NCBI GenBank assembly: GCA_030141605.1
Contig: JAQGDQ010000113.1
Coordinates: 434,001 to 498,000, forward strand
From: Tubiluchus corallicola
Lineage: Eukaryota > Animalia > Priapulida
DNA: 64,000 nucleotides
Direction of reading: 5' to 3'
Part shown: positions 1 to 13,800 of the stretch, piece after piece
How the letters are laid out: every line of letters begins with the position of its first letter
How positions within the stretch are numbered: position 1 is the stretch's first letter
Program-made: the position numbers and the translations under genes
Notes under the pieces: model-generated
Told to the model about the DNA's origin: nothing
Database searches by the model: none
What the model saw: the letters and a program-made list of their open reading frames with translations, nothing else

Positions 1-1158
1 GGAAAACAGGAAAAGAGAAAAGAGGGGAAGAAGGAGGCAGAACTGGAAGGACAGAGAGGGGGAAGGTTCACACTATACTACATGTGTATTTTAAACAATC
101 TTTTGTTTAAACTCTTTATACAAACAATTATAAGTGAAAATCGCAGGAAGAACAAAAGTGCTGCTTGTATTATTTCAGGATCTTTTATAAGAAGAACTAT
201 AGCTGTAATGATCGGTACGTCACGTTGAGTCGGGCAGAATATTGATCACTCAGACGTAAGTTGCTCATAATTTCAGTAATTACTGCGATATTTAGACAGA
301 CTAAGACGTGAACGCTGAAAAATTTATCGTGAGTTTTAGGAAAATATCTTATCGGCGGCAGTAAATTGACCTGACTGAACTGCAGAAATAGAGCTTTAAT
401 TCCAGCCATAAAAATCATGTAACGCCGCCAAGATGATCAGCGGTTAAGCAAATGTAAGTTTAGCAAAAACCATAGGTCATACCTTCTCAGTTTACGTGAA
501 ATTTATAACTATTTTCTATTCTTCGTATTAAAAAACAAGCACAGATTTAGTTCAGGCTTCTAAAATATTAATCGCAGTTTGACTGTTGCAGTAAACTGTG
601 TCTGAATTAACCGAAGCAAAACTTTTTACGTAAATATTATACAGGAAAGCTATGCTAAGAAATACTAACCATTATTTTGCAAATAAGACGGCATTTTATA
701 TCTTATTTCTGCAACTTAATAACAGAAAAACATGGTAATATTCCCTGTTAAAACAAACGGAAAGTAGGAGCAAAGTCACGAAAAACTAGGGTAGACCGGG
801 ACTCGTTAAAACTGTTCACCGAAGCACAAAACGTAATTCCCTGATGAAAGTACAATGAGCTTATTGAAGTTTAATTAACTATTGCCAATTATTGGAAAAA
901 ATACACCAGCTAGACAGACTAGAACTCTGACATAATTACATCTGATGCACAGTGTATGTAGTCATGAATGAGTAGTCAAATAGGTCCAACATTTTACAAA
1001 GGTAAAGGTGTTGGAAAACTAAAATTGTTTAACTTTAATCTAAAATCTACAAAATACATTGTCGTAAAACAATGTAGCGCATAAAATAACAGGTTAAATT
1101 TGCACAACTAAATGGAATTAATAACTTCAGAGCTACTTTATAAGGTTAATAGTTTCAC

Positions 1159-1241
1159 CTAAATTCAACGTGCGTTGTTGATGTCATAAAGATTGTCACT
1201 TCTCTACAGCGGTACTTGCAAAATCTGTAGAAAACTTCCAT
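1159..1241 (-). CDS. Weak candidate alternative first coding exon (MEVFYRFCKYRCREVTIFMTSTTHVEF-R/S), phase-2 end
   Basis: ATG at 1241 is open to AG|GTGAAA at 1159/1158, the same phase as the 17687 and 7970 donors. A CpG-richer, promoter-like stretch (~1300-1900) lies upstream on the minus strand. The donor is only moderate. Confidence 0.25.
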
Positions 1242-3194
1242 GCAAAATTGCAGACAATTTAATAGTTATAAAGAATGTTTCGTTAATTTTAATGCAAACC
1301 GTTAATGTAACGAAGATTCTCGCGTTCAGTTGATGCCGCAAATTTAACGCGGTATTCTAGCAATTGTCTCGAAACAACGACAGACGCCCAATGTTAACAT
1401 TCACATCTCTACATCATTGTCATTAACACAATCTTCACGCACAACTAGACTAAGAGACGTCTGACACCGAATCTCAGTGGATGTATCTAACGCGCGTAGT
1501 GGCTTCCCCAACACAGCAGCCCCTGCGCAGGCTGAATACCGACACACTAGCGATGACACACCACCCTCGGCTCGTACTCTAGACGAATACGTCCCGAATA
1601 ACTAAACATCTTTACACAAGCACGCATAGCGTTGCATCACGCGCAGTCATTAATACACAAAAGTTGTATCAATATAACAAGGGTTTTGCCACCATTATTA
1701 GGGCATCCCGGGAGAATGAGCATACTGATTACTCGCCTTCCCGCGTCTGACTCACGGCTACTCAAATGACATTATAGCTGCATTTTCATTGAATCTAGGC
1801 GGCAAATATATGTAGCCATTTACACAGTCAAACATTGGCAGCAATGATTCAGGCAGGTTGGTGTGGCAGATCTAAGCGTTTGTTGACACGCGCACACAGT
1901 CTGAAAATAAACTGAGCACATACTTCTGACCTAGAATTTTTGTACACTAAGGCAATGAATTATCAAAAGTAATGTGGGAAAAATCATTCAAAAATAGTTA
2001 AAAAGTATACCAGGTAAGTCCAGCTAAACTAAAACGCCTTGTAAAGTTAACAAAGACAATTTTATTATTCATGTTTTTTAACAAAAATAGAAAATGTTCA
2101 AAATATAAAATCAAAAATATTACCGATGATTTTTGCAGATTCTGAAACCTCTGTCCATCTTAGTGACAAGCCTTATGACTGCTGTTCTTCAATATTTTTT
2201 TAGTAATCACGGCAGTTTACTTACTACCAGCACACACACTACACCGTAAGAAATTTTCCTATGCATATGTCAGGAATCAACTACGATGAAGGGCCTTAAC
2301 TTGATAATTTTAAATAATGACGTCCCGAAGGTTAAATGTTAAAGTAGAAAACGTCTAGCGACTATTCAATAGAAGCAACCCTGCGGAGAAAGCTAGAAGA
2401 GAATTCAGCTTAATGCAACTAAAATCTGTTGTTAAAAGTAGCAGAGATACGTGAAATTTTAAAGCTAAGAACGCCTAGCCGAATTGTTACTGCAGTTTTC
2501 ATAATATAGCAACATTTCAAATCGTATGTGCACAAGCATTGCAATCACAATATAAAAGAATTAACTGCGACCTAAGTACCCTTTTACAGAGCTAAGCTAC
2601 CCTAAGGCGCCATGCACATGCCCAGAAGAGCACTCGAGTGAAATTATTCTGAAAAAATTCTGCGAGAGCTACTTGCTGAGAGCACTACGCATCGCGCATT
2701 ACGCCTAGAGCCATCAGAAATACATGGACAATATTTTATCATCTAGTAATATCATTTTCATCACATTGTCCCGCGTATATACATTACGGCTGCCTCGATT
2801 TTGTGGCAGCGAAATTTATTGTAATTTTGCGCATGTTTCGCGTGTCAGTCGATTTCATTTCACAGGAATATTGTGCCATTGCAACGCGGTAAGAGTCTCT
2901 GGAGAGAAATAAGAAAGAAACATAAATGATTCAATGTACAGCTATCATAAAATTATCCATAGGTACGTGAGAAGAACGAACCTCGGTTTGGAGCCATAAG
3001 GAAATAACTGAATTTTGTATGTACTTTTAAGTTTTCAAATGAAAAAAAGATTTAGTAAAGTAGTAATGTAGGCAGAAAGAGAAGGCAGGTCATTAGACAA
3101 AGTCTCAGCACCACAGCTTGGGCATCGAAGAAATATGGCTCGTCTAGACTATCCCCAAAGGACAGATCAGGATTTAAGCAGGTTAATGAAAACT

Positions 3195-3560
3195 TTCCAA
3201 GCCTCAAAACAAATAAAATTGTAGACATTCAAGATAGGATCGGGAGAAGGTTTATAACCAACTCTGACTAAAGACAGGTCAAGATTCAGAACTGTATGAG
3301 ATTCAGACTCAAGGCAAGTCAACACCCGAACAGGAATGGTAATGCAGGTCAAAACATGGGCGAGTTAAAATGTTTGAGGGAAAGCCAACACTCGGGGTAG
3401 GTGACATCAAAACATGAGACAGGCAACGGGACACGTTGAGAACATGTCGAAAATTGGAAATTCAAAATTCGGGTAATGGGGAATCTTAAAACAGGTCAAA
3501 GTACGAGACATTACAAAACAGTTGCAAACTCTGGATATATAGAAATTCTCAACAGGTATG
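3195..3560. repeat. Degenerate short-unit tandem array
   Basis: Recurrent ACAGGTCAA / GACATTCAAGA / AAACATG-like units at short, irregular spacing. Confidence 0.4.
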
Positions 3561-5348
3561 CAAAATAAGAAACATTGTTAGATCTACGGCTTAAGTTAAG
3601 GCAGCACAGACTCAGTTTACAAGTTTTGCCATGTGGACTACAAATACCTAAGCTTAGTAGGTCTACCAAATTATATTAAATATTTAGTGAAACTTACATT
3701 ATAGCACCGCTAAACAATGTAAATTCTAGCTAACAAGGAACAATTAGCTTTTATTTTTGTAATATTCTACGCAACTTTAACGTATAGTACAATAATGACT
3801 CATAGTCACCGTTACTAGCGCCACCTGCTTCAAGAAAAAAGCAAGCGAAGTTGCTGCAAGTGCTACATACAGGTGCTTCATATTGATTTATTAGCAACAT
3901 TACTTAAATTCAGCCTCTTATTCCAGAAACCTGACTGAAATCTACCCAATGCTTTCCATGGCTTCTTTGGAACACAATAAACGCGTATCTGAGTTTCCAC
4001 AAACCCTGTAAAATGATTGAAATTGTCATTTTCATGTTTTAGAATATACGTCAGTTGTTTGACGACGCATATTTCAGCAAATGTCTGTCCTTAATTGTTT
4101 AATGGCCGATTGTCTAAACACAGCGATTAAACCACGATTTTCTGCTTAAATGTCTTTAAAGATTCGCCCCGCGTTCCGTCTCCGGTTTCCGCTTTCGCGC
4201 CGTTAACGGTGTCTTTTCCCTCGATGACTGGGCAAATACTGGCAAAGTCAATTTGTACAAGCAACGAATGTAACGATCAAAACACATAAACCAGTAATTT
4301 TAACTCGTAGACCAATCAAGATTTCATCATAAACTTGGCTTCTTTAACGGTTACGCGGAGGTTGTGCTTGGATTTCTTATATGGCGTAGCATCGACGTAC
4401 AAAATGATGGCACCAAATTTTTTTAATCTATCGAGGTTTTTAATTATTTTTATTTCGCATCAGAGAAATACTATGTTGAAATGAAATTAGATAAAGTTCT
4501 TACAGAATATGCTGTGACGTCTACACAAAGATAAAATTTGGTTGTTAAAATAAGAAAACCCAAAAATGTCCCACTAGTCCGTTGCTGCATAAGTAGTTGA
4601 GAAAAAATAGTTGTCATTATTAAACTTATTCACGAAGCGCTGCTGTTTATTTCAGTAAACTAATATAGTTTGTAATCTTTTGGTTTTTTCTCACTTTTTA
4701 TCCAAAATAAATGGATTTAAAAAACTCGTCTCAGGATCTTAAAACCGACTAACCTTTAAAATGGCTGTTTAAAAGATGGGAATTAACTGTGTGTTAGAGA
4801 GGTTTTTTTGTAATGTTCTTGTGCTTTAACATTAATAATCATATAAATCTAATTTGAAAAGGTTATTAGGAGCTACGTTTACGATGGTGATACGTTGGTA
4901 ATTTTGCTACTTCAGTATTTACCTAGCAATAAACCAAAGACTGTGTGCAGTGTGCACTTATTACCATCCTGCGCTCGTTACCTATGCTTTATTACCTAAG
5001 CTTACTGAGTATTTGACAATCACCGGAAGTTAGCTGGGTAATTTTTAGCGTTTTTCTCGCATTTACAGTTTCCAGAAGACAAAAGAAATTACCATTATCG
5101 TCACGGCAGGATAGAATGGATGGCAAATATGGACTGTCGTGTTTTAACCTTTCTTTAGTCAATAGCCGGAAGCATGCTTGTTATAATTACAGGCTCCAGC
5201 GATGAACCAAAAATAATCAACGTTGTATTATCAATTAGCTTTTCAAATATAATCTACAGCAACAATAACAGTAAACACAACAATAACGAGCAAAATGTAA
5301 CTATATAAACAACAAAGCACTACCTTACTACCTTATATTGCATACAAA

Positions 5349-5351
<3 letters not shown>

Positions 5352-5409
<58 letters not shown>

Positions 5410-5720
5410 GAGAAACACAAAGAAAGAGAGAGAAAAAGAGAGAGAGAAAGAAAGAAAGAAAGAAACAGAGGGACAAAGAGAGAAAGACAAAGAATGAAAG
5501 AGGTATAGAGTGAGTGACAAACAGAAAGAGAGCGCGAAAGAGAGAGAAAGAAAAATAAAAAGTAAACACAAATAAATAGAAAAGACAGAAAGAGGTAGAG
5601 AGAGAGAGAAACAGAGGGGTAAATAGAGTAAGATAAAGAGAGAGATAGAGAGAGAGAGAAAGTGAGTGAGTGAGTGAGTGAGTGAGTGAGTGTGGGAAAA
5701 AGAAAAAGAGAGAGAGAGAG
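5352..5720. repeat. (GA)n / (GAGT)n purine-rich microsatellite tract
   Basis: Directly visible; it explains the S/L-rich ORFs at 5320-5778. Confidence 0.95.
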
Positions 5721-6059
5721 ATGCAGACAATAGCTCATGAAAGACAGTGTGTTTTGGGACTATGTTGTGACAAATCATGTTTAAACACTGCTGTTATAGT
5801 GCCTGCAGGGAAATTCACCATATTTGTTCAGCTGATGAAAATGTTACAATAAACAAGAAGCGTTTAGAAAATCATGATTATTCATAAACTCATATATTCA
5901 TTTATACAAAATGAGTCATGCGGCAGCGTGCCAACGAGAATTAAAAGTGACACAAAATAGGATGTCTTTGTCAGCCTCCTTTGTAATATACAGTTTTAAT
6001 GGTGCCCGTTGATCGGTGAAGGTGACGTCGGTTGCAGTTTGTGGTTCCTGGCATTTACT

Positions 6060-6380
6060 ATTGATGTCACTGCCATTACGACAGTTACTGTTGCCTTTGC
6101 TGTTGCTATTGCCGTTGCTCCTGGTGCCAATCTTTTTGAAGCTATTGCCATCGGTGGAAAAATAGCGGCGACGGCAGCATGTTGTCTCTTCTCTGTACTG
6201 TTACCAGAGTCACTGCTGATGCAGCTTGTCTTGTCATTGTTCCTGTCATTGTTGTCAGAGATGCCGTTATTGTCACTGTTGCTCTTGCTGCTGCTGCTGT
6301 CATTGTTGTCATCGCTATCGGTGTTGGTTTACGTTGTTCTAGTGTTGTCATTGTCATTACTTGCTTTCGTTAATGCTGTG
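6060..6380. repeat. Degenerate (TGT/TGC/CAT)n trinucleotide low-complexity tract
   Basis: Directly visible; it explains the ORFs at 6009-6407. Confidence 0.8.
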
Positions 6381-7969
6381 CCAAATAAAACAACACCAGG
6401 CAAATAAAGCTAGGACATAGCAAGGCATAACAATTTTATTAATAAAAATAGTAATACACTTTTCTTAAATTCCAAAACTAATATTTATACTTGACAACAA
6501 AATTAGTTAATAGTAATAATTATTACTAGAACAAAACTATTATTACTGCAAGATCTTTTGAAACGAGTTTGCAAACTATTGCGATGTTTTCAATATAAAT
6601 TAATTAATAATGAATTAATTGTCTTATAGTAGATTATATTAAGCTATGTTTGTCCATTACAAGGCATGCTTTTTCGTAGGCTTTTAGATTTGCAAAGGCA
6701 CTCACTGCGTGACTTAACTGGGCGTTGTTTATTTTTGAATGCAAGAAACATGTAAACAATGAAATTCCTGAATCTTAATTTAGAACATTTTCCTTACTGC
6801 CTACGAAAGACGGTTTGACTATGGCACAATTAATTGAATATTTTGTTAATATTTTTGGATACTTCTGGCTCACGCTGTTCGAGAATACTAACAAAAGTGA
6901 AAGGAACGGGTTCAAAAACCTTGCTAAATAGGCACTGGGAATTAGCCTCGTTTAAAATTCCAGTCTGTATCTGCACAAATACGAAAAATAAACTTGTAAT
7001 AATGCAAATGAAAAAGTCTTTGCCTACGAGCTGAAGCCGACAGTACCTATTGGAAAACCAATACAAATGAAGTTTATATATAACTGGTTACTGTAAAGAA
7101 GTATAGAATTTACACATGTATGATTAGACCACTTACATTTTAAACAGGTTATCAACCCTATGAATGTTAAATAACTTGGTTTGTTTCTGGGATAGATTGT
7201 TCACCTCGTCCACCATTTGACGCATATATTTGGAATTTTTTCTTGTTTTTTTCTGGCATGCATGAGGTCTGACATTCTGACCATTTCTGACACCAGTTAG
7301 AAGAAAGTGTCTAGCTGACAGTGGCGCCCTCAATGAGTGACAATGTCAGGCTCGGACAAACTGACAATCGCTGATTTACTTTGCAAAACACATCCATTTA
7401 CTATCACTTAACCTACAGGTTTTAGGGCTATAAGCTGCTCCGTGTAACTAAACAGTTTTGCTAAAGGCTTAAATTCCATGCAAATTTTATAATCTGACAG
7501 CAGCTACATCAAGTTAATTCACCTTGTGTATTAAATTTTTCGAAATGGAATTCAGTATTAAGCTCATGAAAAGCGTAACATTGTAAATGTGCCCTTGGTA
7601 GATTATCGTAATTACATTCGAAACATCCTCACTAACACAGTTATATATTTGTTATTCCATTTAAATAAATGAAAAGCAATAATTATTGCGGATACATTAA
7701 ATTTCAAAATTTTTCTACGTAATTACAGAACATTAGTATCAAATCAAAATGTCTATTGTACATTTATAATTCGGCAAATTGCAACAGCCCTCAAAAGCAT
7801 GGAACAACGATCAAGTTCTGTGTTTGTTATAGACCTATATAACCCCAATAGACATTGAAATTTTTTAACACACTAATTTAGATTACACAAAGAATTCATA
7901 GTTATTATTACACAAAACAAACAAACGAGACTCATTGAACAAGAGAGACTTATAAATTAAATAACTTAC

Positions 7970-8016
7970 CTTTTTTGGTGAATGTCGAACGCGTGTATTG
8001 CCGTAAAAATTGCCAT
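7970..8016 (-). CDS. Candidate short alternative first coding exon (MAIFTAIHAFDIHQK-R/S), phase-2 end
   Basis: Good start context (gaaacATGG at 8016), open frame to a perfect donor AAAAG|GTAAGT at 7970/7969, same phase as the large exon. Confidence 0.45.
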
Positions 8017-8035
8017 GTTTCGCGTCTTGGCGCAA

Positions 8036-8597
8036 GTTAGGCTATTTGCTAGGTGCAATCCAGGCAGTATGTCATGCACTGACCGATTAGCATTTTTAAA
8101 TTTTGAACCTCTTGAACTTCGTAGAATGTACACTGATTTGACAACGTGTTATTCAATATTACATGGAGACAGTGCTATAGACAGATATATTTTTTATCAA
8201 AGCAATTTTATCTCATGTAACCAGGGGTCACCGTTTTAAAGTTACAACGCATTCACTGCCGACCTGATTGTTTCAAAAACTTTTACTCTAACAGAATAAT
8301 TAAAATCTGGAATGAACTTCTAAAGTCTATCGGCGGCGCCCCCTTGGTCTGTGCTCAGAGCAGCAAACTTTTTAAAAACCGTTTAGAAGGTCTAAATCAC
8401 AATAACCATCTATCTTTTAAGTTGTAAGTAGCCTTGGCTCTTTGTGCTTTTATCCGTAATCTTTTAACTAGCCCTTTTATCAGTAAAAATTTATTCTGTG
8501 CTGTATATACGTTTTACCATACCTTATTGCAAATATTTTTTAAACACTTTTGTTTTTAAACAATGATTATGTATTAAATGAAATAAATGAAATGAAA
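8036..8597 (+). mobile_element. 5'-truncated CR1-type LINE 3' end
   Basis: Translation ..DRLAFLNFEPLELRRMYTDLTTCYSILHG.., then after frameshifts ..TRGHRFKV..CFKNFYSNRIIKIWNELL.., typical of the CR1 ORF2 C-terminus; ends in an (AAATG)n-type tail. Confidence 0.85.
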
Positions 8598-10689
8598 GAG
8601 AATGACGTAGGTAGTCCAGAAAGCGTCTTTGGTTACCGATGTTTGTTTACCGATCTTTGTTGACCTCTTAACTGTACTCATAACATCATTCGTCTCGCAC
8701 AACGAAAAATGGCGGTTCTACGAAAATTAATACCGCTAAAAACGAAGTGATAAAAAATCAAAAGAAACAAGTTTTCCAGTAAGTTTATAACAAAAATGAA
8801 TTAAATGTTCGTAATGAGAGTAGGATTTTCAGTTGCAAAAGATAATATTATAGTGAGGGTTTAGTTTGACTTTAAAAGAAGTGTTATTCAGTATAGTTAA
8901 TAATAATGAAAAACTGTTTAGACTACGTGCTTCCTATGAGATGGTTTTTCAGTGGCTGTAGCACATTCTTTATTACCAAAAGAAATGTCTAGCAAATTAT
9001 TGGTTCAGTGATTTATCTTAAAAGCTATTAAGAAGCAATCGTTATTGCTGCGCACACGTTTCTTCCTCTACAAATTGAACACGCGTAATGACTATTTTGC
9101 TATTCCGCATATGATGGTTTGGAGATAATCATTGTAAAAGTCTCTGTTCTTTTATTAAAACAGCTTACGATTTTACATTCTCACGATCGCCTACATTTTG
9201 TGTTGATATGAGTGATATCAACACAAACGTTTACAGTTTCCCTATGCAAAAGTCTAAAACACTGATTATCTAGGATAATAAAAACAAAACCAATGTGAAC
9301 GAGACACTAGTTTTTTTCCCATGACAACCTTAAACTTTTTACTGAATAGTGGAAACTCGCAAAATTACATCAGCAAGTGGTAACTTTCTACAGCACTATA
9401 GTAGTGTCCCAATATACATAGCACGCATACTCGAACAAATGGGCCGAGTGCTTTTCTTTTACACTCCAATAACTATTACACATCAACAAAACCAGTAAGA
9501 AATGGCCAAAGCTTTGAAAAGAATTTAATGGAATTTCGATTGACGTTTTGCATTATTTTACAACGCCATTATCTCTACTCGAACACGCAGTGTGAACCAG
9601 GCCCTAGACACGTGACCTAAATATGTGAAAAACTTGATAAGCGGATTAAGGGTTCGTTAAATTTAATCTTAATCCCTCAATCGGCTTTGTTCGTTTGGTA
9701 AAGTCAACACGATTGCTCTTAGAAGCTGGGCTAATTAGAATTCAAGAAGTAATTGAGGATAACAGCGTCTCATGAATCGCAAAAAAACTTGCAAGTTGGA
9801 AATCCTTATCACATTAATTTTACAATGCTCTCAGATACAAATTTAAGTGGTGCGAAAATTAAAATAACGTTCAACATAATTTAAGCTCTAGAACCCTTAA
9901 TCTTAAGCAAATTACGACTAACAACTCTTATGGCCATGATTTATTTGCTAAGCAAGCCGTAAATATTTGGAAAACACTACCAGCCGAAAATAAAAAAGCA
10001 GAATCACTAACAAATTTCAAAAAAAATAATCAAAAAACATACAATGGAAAGATTCGAATATCCAATTCCTCAAAGAGGTAATGTCAGCTCTAGTCCTGAA
10101 TTTATTTACCACCAAAATCAGTAAAAACAAAGTTATATACATTTTGTTGATTAAGATTACAGTAATACTGCAGTATTTAATGCGTCTTTGTAATATTTGT
10201 GTTGTGTAGTAATTGTAATGTTTATCTTGTGTTATTAGTGAAGCTATATATGTATATACACAATATGTATGCGTACACGATATGTATTGCATTGTGTAAG
10301 ATTGTACTACGATGGTCTAATTGCACCGTGTGATCGGTTTTGTGCTTTTGTGTATATTACCTGTATGATATGTATTATTTTATACACGAGTTACTTGAAT
10401 TCAGACTGCTTTGGTTTTTACATATATGCATTTCACTATATCGTATGTTATCTTTTGCCTTATTGCTTGTGTTTCATGCACTCCTACTGCACTCATAGTT
10501 TGCGCAGTAGCTTGCACAATTTCATTTTGGTGTTTAAAATCCAGTATATCGACATTGCGCACATTATGTTAGCAGTTTTGCAAATATATTAATTTTGTAT
10601 AATATTAACTGAAATATTGCAGTCTTGTTTATATTTCACCACATTTGTTTGTGTAGTCCAGATCTCCAACTTGTACGCGAAAAACACTC

Positions 10690-10893
10690 ATAATAATAAT
10701 AATTTCGTTTTGGATATAATCCAGGGATAACACTTTAAGTAACTCATTGCCTGCATGTTACTTCGACAAACCTGCGTACATGGTCAAAGAACCAGTGGTA
10801 CCACTTTTTAAGTCTTTAGTATGACTCGGCCAGGAGTTGAACTTGCAACCTCGCCGGTGGGAAGCGAGCACGCAGCAATTGAGCTACGCCACC
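10690..10893 (-). mobile_element. tRNA-derived SINE with a Meta/MESC-like central segment
   Basis: Minus strand reads GGTGGCGTAGCTCAATTG (A box) ... AGTTCAACTCC (B box), then GGCCGAGTCATACTAAAGACTTAAAAAGTGGTA and a (TTA)n tail. The domain assignment is from memory of invertebrate SINEs. Confidence 0.7.
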
Positions 10894-13800
10894 AGGTATA
10901 GTTGTTGAACAACACTTGGTCAAATCGAAAATATCAATGTAAATCGCGTGTTTCAAATTAAAAAAAATTATTTACATCAGTGTCAAAAGACCAAGTGGCG
11001 CACAATTATTGTCTGTTGAGTTTGTCCCAACGACTGTCTTTGTCCTTTTTTGTCCTTATTGACCATTAATGGCGACTGCTTCGAAAGCAGTTCCTATTAC
11101 AGATCTTAAAATTAGGCACGTTCACTTTTCACAAGTCATCAAATATATCATTCCAAGACAGCTCACGTAGTAGACCTCGGGAGAACCATAAACTTCTCAA
11201 GATGCATTCCAACAATCTTACTTTCCACCAATATGATTTCGAACTACTAAGTACAGACAACACGTAGCAGAAAAATGCAGAAATTTTATTGGCGGGAAAA
11301 ATAATCGTTACATTAAGCGGAAAATATAATAAATTAAAAGCAATAAAACGGAAAAATCGTGTCCAAAACATCGCATTCAGAAGGCAAAATGCTAAATTGT
11401 AAACTTGACCTTTATTCTTTCGTTCTTTTCTTTCCTTAGTCATTCTTTGTTTTTCTTCTTCCTTCCTCCAATTTCCTCTAATTTCCTCCTTGTTTCCTTC
11501 GCCATTAACCTGTCTTTCTATCAATACATCTTTAATTAAGTATCCTTCTGATATCAATTATATTACCAATTTTTCAACTTCCTACACCTATTTTAAAATG
11601 GAGCTACTCATCAAATTTTGATACGTATAACTCTGCACGTGTCTCCTTGTTATCGAGACTATTAACAATATAACGCTGCCTACTCAAGAAACAGATGATA
11701 CTTGGATATTGTACTTGATTGCATTATCATTACCGCGATGTTATCTATTTAACAACACGAATGTAGGGCATCTGCTATATTAGTGTACGCATATAATGAT
11801 CATAATAGTATTGTGCCGCCGATCAGATGTTAATCTTAAAGTTACGACTATTGAAACAATTACAATCGAATATCATAATTACTTTACAATATTGAGAGGC
11901 AGACTATTATACTATTTTTACACACAAACAAATACGTTAAGGCTTTTCTAACATTTAAACTAACACCGCCAAGGTTGTTTTGCTTATACGGCATTCACAT
12001 CAAGAACGCCCTCAGGAAAAAGCCATTACGACTTGTTAAAATATCCTGGTTTGCAAAAATATACAAGAAGTAATAAATACGTTCTGCCAAAGGATATGCA
12101 CGCGGAGATACAGTAAAACTTGTTTGTGTTGAATATTGTAAACTTGTATAAAGTAAAGACTTGTTTGTGTTGCATATACTGTAAACTTGTATGTTGAATT
12201 CCAGGTCCTAGCATAAACTCGACCAAATTTGCATTCAAAATTTTCCATTTGACAATGACTGGTTGCTAAGAAATAAAGCTATAGACAATTTTGATCCTGG
12301 GGCTATTAAAGTCGGTGCTGCATTATGAATTGGTTTGGGAAATCCAGAAAATTACTGTGGGATACTGATATTATAAAAATAATTGTATTTCTTGAAAAAT
12401 TAAAAAGTGGATGCCTCTTAGTGCTAAACACCATTTAAATGTACCTTATTTAATCAATTTAGCGATTCTGGAAGATTGTTATTGGATTAAAGCAATTGAC
12501 CAATAGGTATGCGTAAACTATGATGAGCAATAATTTTGAATAGTTACCCTTGATATAGTGAACTGAAAACTATAGCAAATTATCTAAACAAAAGAATCAC
12601 ATGATGTCGATTTTGCAACAAGAACCATATGACAACATCAACCATGGCGTGGGACTGTAGAAAAGATGCAACACACCCACAGAATTTTGCACTACAAAAA
12701 AACTGTAAAAAAGTAGCCATGTTTGAAATAATAATAACTTACTTTTTGATATCCAGTCTCTCCAACATCCAGTTTTGTAGTTTTTCGGACATGTTTAAAG
12801 CGATCCTTTTACGCTATTTTAGTTTTTTGTCTTCCTAATTTACTCGAACCGCTACAATAACAATTACTGTACTACACATTAGTTTCTAAAATGTACAGTA
12901 AAATCTGATGACATTACTGCAAGTGCTTCATACTGGCTTTGGCAAATAAATGTCAAACCACATAACACATTATTGGCCAGTGCTCCAGTCTTGAGAGCAT
13001 AATAAGCAAGCAATTTTATTAATAACTTGCTAATTCGTTTATACAGGTACCTGTATAAGCAAGTTTATACTTAGATATCTCATGGAAATGACAGCGTGTC
13101 TAGGCATTTTCTCGGTGTGAGATACACTAGCATGGAATTTTACCACATATTAAGCTCATTCAAGCTAGTGTCTGTTTTATAAACCTCTTCGCACATTTTT
13201 CCTTCCTTTGAGCAGGCTAGCAAAATACATGCCATCACACTAAATACCATTTATTATAGTAATTATTCCGTACTCTTTTTTCCTTTCTCAAAAGCTATTC
13301 GCCTATATACGTTTAGGACATACGGCCGCTGAAAATCTACAGAAGCAGCATTTCTATATCTGATTCAGTACAATCTCATTATAATACATAATGGTACCCT
13401 TTTTCTACACACTGAGGTTCAGAACAAATGTAAATAAATATATCTCAAAATGCAGACAGCACCATTATAATTATTTGCAAACAGCTTGCACCATACAGTC
13501 TATAAATTCCAACACTCGTGAAAATAAACACGGCAATAGATCCACTGTTCAATGTTCAGACGCCCGAACTTGATTGAATATGGTGGCCAAAAAATATCTC
13601 CTCTTGTCATGGATGGTAGATCCAGCAACAATTGTTATAATTCCATAGGGATCCCATTGACATTGACATGGGTCAGAGCGGTCAGCAGACCTCTTCCAGA
13701 TTACAGACCATCAAGCCTGGGCAAATTACCCGGGCCAAACAACAGCTGATGAAAAGCATGGCTATTACTAGTGACAGTTGGAAGTGCTAAATTACATCCT

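Noticed and set aside
3880-4005. Peptide FVETQIRVYCVPKKPW..WNKRLN reminiscent of the SPATA1 N-terminus
   Set aside because: The similarity is short, the frame closes immediately and no further exons support it.
5320-6407. ORFs rich in S/L, hydrophobic or T/M residues
   Set aside because: Translations of (GA)n and trinucleotide microsatellites.
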